The position numbers and the translations under genes were made by a program. This document shows, one piece after another, positions 60,660 to 64,000 of a DNA stretch of 64,000 nucleotides; positions within the stretch are counted from its first letter, which is position 1; every line of letters begins with the position of its first letter. The DNA comes from Terrimicrobiaceae bacterium (lineage in GTDB: Bacteria; Verrucomicrobiota; Verrucomicrobiia; Chthoniobacterales; Terrimicrobiaceae), in the NCBI GenBank assembly GCA_044342325.1, contig JBIIPZ010000012.1, positions 9,354-73,353 on the forward strand. The letters are read 5' to 3'. The notes under the pieces were generated by a model, which worked only from the letters and a program-made list of their open reading frames with translations, made no database searches and was not told the origin of the DNA.

Positions 60660-61784
60660 TCAAAAGACGCTTATCAGCTCATTGGAATACGCCTCGATAT
60701 TTGCTGGGAATTTTATATCGAGCGTCTTTAGAAAATCCGCCGCTTTGGCTTTGTAATCATTAAGATTCTTATCGTGACTTTCAAACGCCCTCACCAAGGC
60801 CTCGCCGCCCGCCTGACAATCAAAATCGGGATAAAAATATCCCTGATCGCGGATGAATTCGGAATTGTGAATGAGCGGATACCCGCCGTAGAGGGCCTCG
60901 TAGTAGAGATAGTTTTGCCCATTCTCCCAATGGTGGGAAACAATGCAGTCGCCGAAATGGGCCATGTATTCATGCACGGAAAAACGCCCTTCAAAGGACG
61001 CAACCCCATGGTTCACGATGTCCAAGAACTTGGCAAACCTCACGAATCCGGGATTTTCTTTCGCTTTGAGAGTGTTACAAATTCGAATGAATTCGAACCG
61101 ATCCGGCGCTTTTCTATAAGCCTCTTCGCAAACCAGCATGGGCATGATGCAAGTTTTAACCATGCACATATTCGGCTCGAAGGAGCAAACTCGCCAGCGA
61201 GCCTTGCCGGGTTCATAGCCAAAGCGTTTGCCGCTAGGCAGGGTGGCTGCTCCTTTGTCCAAAAACTCAGGCGTCCAAAGATGGGGCACGATTTTTACAG
61301 GGGCCCGCGTGGTGATGGCAAAGTAGTCGCTGCAGCTGCGTTCGTATTCCGGAAGCGTCCAGATGGCATCATATACCTTACCGCTACATAAGCCGGCTGG
61401 AGGCAAGTTATACATCGCCCGCTCGACATCGATCACATAGTCGTTGCCGCAACGCATCCAAGCAATCCGCCCTCCTCTCTGCCGGAATTTGACAAGCCAA
61501 TCTTCCGGCACTTGGGAACTCATCTCGATGATGACATCGAGCTTTTCTAGGGCGGTGGAAAGATCGATCATTTCAACGCCCACTTGGTCGAACATCATGG
61601 AAGGATGCACCTCTTTGGCGCCACTGCCATTGACAAGAACGGCTTTTTCAACCTCCGGCGAGAGGTTGAAAAGTTGGACGAGGAAAACGCAGTTTTGGAA
61701 AATGCCATTTTCCCAAATGGATTGGTGCCCATCCCGGATATGGATGGTTACACCGACACGAAGTTTGCGATTAGGTTTAGACAT
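60660..61784 (-). CDS. DUF2827 family protein
   Basis: WENGIFQN, GNDYV, PHLW.P, FEPN, SHHWENGQNYLYYEALYGGYPLIHNS. Confidence 0.85.
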   Translation of the reverse strand: MSKPNRKLRVGVTIHIRDGHQSIWENGIFQNCVFLVQLFNLSPEVEKAVLVNGSGAKEVHPSMMFDQVGVEMIDLSTALEKLDVIIEMSSQVPEDWLVKFRQRGGRIAWMRCGNDYVIDVERAMYNLPPAGLCSGKVYDAIWTLPEYERSCSDYFAITTRAPVKIVPHLWTPEFLDKGAATLPSGKRFGYEPGKARWRVCSFEPNMCMVKTCIMPMLVCEEAYRKAPDRFEFIRICNTLKAKENPGFVRFAKFLDIVNHGVASFEGRFSVHEYMAHFGDCIVSHHWENGQNYLYYEALYGGYPLIHNSEFIRDQGYFYPDFDCQAGGEALVRAFESHDKNLNDYKAKAADFLKTLDIKFPANIEAYSNELISVF

Positions 61785-61790
61785 AGGGAT

Positions 61791-62074
61791 TGTAGCGGCT
61801 GTCTGTGACTGCCGTTTTGTAGCGGCGCTCTATGAGCGCCGGAGCGTTCTTCCAACGACGGTCATAGACCGCCGCGACAATGGACTCGTCATCCTGAAGC
61901 GGCGCTGTGTGAGCGCCGGTTTCGTTTTCCATCGGCGGTCGCAGACCGCCGCTACAATAAACTATTTTGTCTTGTAGCGGCGTCTCTATGAGCGCCGTCG
62001 ATTTTCGGCGGGCATAGACCGCCGCTACAACGGAATCGTTTTTTCGGCGGTCATAGACCGCCGCTACAGCTACA
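61791..62074. repeat. REP array between the DUF2827 paralogues
   Basis: About eight GTAG-type REP copies in mixed orientation. Confidence 0.92.
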
Positions 62075-62077
62075 ACT

Positions 62078-63214
62078 TTATTTTGAGTTGTAGACATGCA
62101 GGAGGCGCTCGGTGAAGATGCGGATGTTTTCTGGGTGCTCGGGATGGAGCGTTTTTAAAAACTCATCCGCCTTCTTTTTGTAATCCTGCCAGAACTCGGG
62201 CGATTGATTCCACGCCTCCACTAAGGCCTGGGCGCCTTCACGCGCCGAAAAGCCCGGATAGAAAATCCCCACACCGGATTGTTGCAGAAACTCGCTGTTG
62301 TGAATGAGCGGATACCCGCCATAGAGGGCGTCGTAATAGGCATAGTTCATTCCACATTCCCAGTGGTGCGCCACTACGGCGTCCATTTGATGATCCACCA
62401 TGGCGGTGGTGAATAAAACCCGTGGCTCGTAAGTGGCCTTTTGGTCTTTCGTAAGATTCAAGTTTAAGGCGAATCGGAGAAATGTCTGGTGTTCTTTGAG
62501 TTGAAACGAGTTCATCACCATCATGTAAGAAATCGCCTCGGGATTTGAACGATACGCCGCTTCACAGAGCAACATCGGCACGAGATAGCTTTTCACCACG
62601 GAGATATTCGGCTCGAAAATGGCAACACGCCAACCGCGCTTTTCACCCTGCGAAGGTTTAAAACCAAACGACTGGCCGTTTCGCTCCGCAGCTTCGATTG
62701 TCTTATCCAAAAATAATGGGGACCAAACATGAGGCATTGTCACCATCGCCTTACGGGTCAAGGTTTGCATCATCGCCGCGCCAGTCTTGGCATGATGCGC
62801 CAAACCCCAAGTTTCCTCGCGGAGCGTGGGGTCGGTGAGGTGGATTCCGGCTTGTTTCGAGGGAAATACAGCCGTTTCAGCCACCGCGTTGAAATTGTGG
62901 CCCACGCCAAAACAAATAATTTTGGCTCCTCGTGCATGAATCCGCCGCATCCATTCGTCGGGCAGGATTGCCCCCATTTCAATCAAGACATCGATTTCGT
63001 GCGTAACCTCCTGAGGTTTGACGATGGGAATCCCCAAGCCGTCGAAGCCGAGGTTGGGATTCGGCCGATCGGAGGTGCCGCCGTTCACAAACCATACTTT
63101 TCGCACGACTGGGCTTTTTTTTAACAAAAGGCCCAGCAAGGCGATATTCTGGTTGATTCCATTATTCCAGATATTCGCATTCTCGCTGGCGAAGAGTGAA
63201 ATTCCAACATTCAT
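62078..63214 (-). CDS. DUF2827 family protein, second paralogue
   Basis: WNNGINQN, PHVWSP, FEPNISVVK, HHWECGMNYAYYDALYGGYPLIHNS. Confidence 0.85.
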   Translation of the reverse strand: MNVGISLFASENANIWNNGINQNIALLGLLLKKSPVVRKVWFVNGGTSDRPNPNLGFDGLGIPIVKPQEVTHEIDVLIEMGAILPDEWMRRIHARGAKIICFGVGHNFNAVAETAVFPSKQAGIHLTDPTLREETWGLAHHAKTGAAMMQTLTRKAMVTMPHVWSPLFLDKTIEAAERNGQSFGFKPSQGEKRGWRVAIFEPNISVVKSYLVPMLLCEAAYRSNPEAISYMMVMNSFQLKEHQTFLRFALNLNLTKDQKATYEPRVLFTTAMVDHQMDAVVAHHWECGMNYAYYDALYGGYPLIHNSEFLQQSGVGIFYPGFSAREGAQALVEAWNQSPEFWQDYKKKADEFLKTLHPEHPENIRIFTERLLHVYNSK

Positions 63215-63229
63215 AACCGCTGTCCCTTG

Positions 63230-63268
63230 AAAAAAAGCCCGAGCATTTTTCAATGCTCGGGCTTTTTT
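63230..63268. terminator. Bidirectional rho-independent terminator
   Basis: aaaaaaagcccgagcatt-tttc-aatgctcgggctttttt. Confidence 0.85.
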
Positions 63269-63288
63269 GTTTTACTCAGCTTTTTGGA

Positions 63289-64000
63289 TTACACGAATTG
63301 GAAGTTGGATGCAGCGAAGTCTGCGCCATTTCCTGTATAAGTTAGCGAAGCCATTAGGTTAGTAGCTCCATTCACATACAAGCTCGCGGTGCCGCCGCCT
63401 CCACCGTTATCTGCGAAGGTAAGAGTATATGCATTACCTCCAGCATTTTTTCCGAAAGTAACCACACCGCCGACATTGGCAAATGAAGCTACATCCACAT
63501 CATTAGCAAAGACTCGGAAAATATCATCCCCTGCTGTATTATCTACTGCAAAGTCCAAGATCCGAGCGCGTTTGTTATCTGGATCAGCAGCATTGAATTG
63601 CCCATAGGCATTGCCAATGGCATCACCAAGAACAAACCTGTCTGCGCCTGCACCGCCGGTCAATGTATCGTTGGATGAGTTCAGAGCCGGTGAGGCATTT
63701 GTCCATGCTTGGAGCCAGTCCCCACCACTACCACCAATCAGGGTATCGGCGCCGCTTTGCGCATCGCCGTTGCCACCGTATAGGGTTACTGCGTGGGTCA
63801 TGCCCGAGGCGTTAAAGGAATCATCCCCAGTTCCGCCATAGACAGTTGCAATGCCGGTTGTGTCCGCAAGCGCTCCAATCGTGATGCTGTTGGCTCCGTT
63901 GGCGAAGGTCAGCGACTGCACATCGTCCACATTCGCGAAATTCGCGTCTGTGACTGTTTGTCCATCAGTCGTCAGAACGATCGAGTTCGTGCCTGCTCCA
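63289..64000 (-). CDS. C-terminus of an RTX/Ca-binding protein (begins beyond the window)
   Basis: GGTGDDSF, GADTLIGGSGGD, DTLTGGAGADRF, ILDF, and a C-terminal NFQFV typical of T1SS substrates. Confidence 0.85.
   Translation of the reverse strand, partial: GAGTNSIVLTTDGQTVTDANFANVDDVQSLTFANGANSITIGALADTTGIATVYGGTGDDSFNASGMTHAVTLYGGNGDAQSGADTLIGGSGGDWLQAWTNASPALNSSNDTLTGGAGADRFVLGDAIGNAYGQFNAADPDNKRARILDFAVDNTAGDDIFRVFANDVDVASFANVGGVVTFGKNAGGNAYTLTFADNGGGGGTASLYVNGATNLMASLTYTGNGADFAASNFQFV

Noticed and set aside
61777..62097. 106-aa repeat-containing ORF
   Set aside because: It consists almost entirely of translated REPs.

Overview
Bacterial chromosomal window, most likely from the Verrucomicrobiota (inferred from the tandem PilB-like ATPases, PVC-type prepilin protein and general gene content). 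About 1-38 kb is mostly housekeeping: ybeY/HD-phosphodiesterase/phoH, heptose synthesis, glgE, uppP, glnB, tRNA-Gln, eno, fmt-pyrH-frr, rnhA, a lone nuoA, clpS, and two toxin-antitoxin pairs. About 38.5-64 kb is an accessory cell-surface island: two RTX-like proteins, a cyanobacterial-style type I secretion module (PpiC, cNMP/C39-ABC transporter, HlyD), several glycosyltransferase-like and DUF2827 genes, and a REP-associated tyrosine transposase (RAYT) with many GTAG-type REP copies. The most striking feature is a 660-nt ORF-less group II intron (59908-60567, minus strand) inserted precisely inside the terminal CTACA motif of a REP. Removing it rebuilds the REP end, and a candidate EBS1 loop is complementary to that REP end, which suggests a ribozyme element that targets RAYT-maintained REPs. 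Also notable are a ~83-nt structured element nested in a second repeat family, an alkaline phosphatase homologue lacking its catalytic residues, and an AmgK-like kinase coupled to glgE. All calls come from motif recognition by eye; no searches were run.
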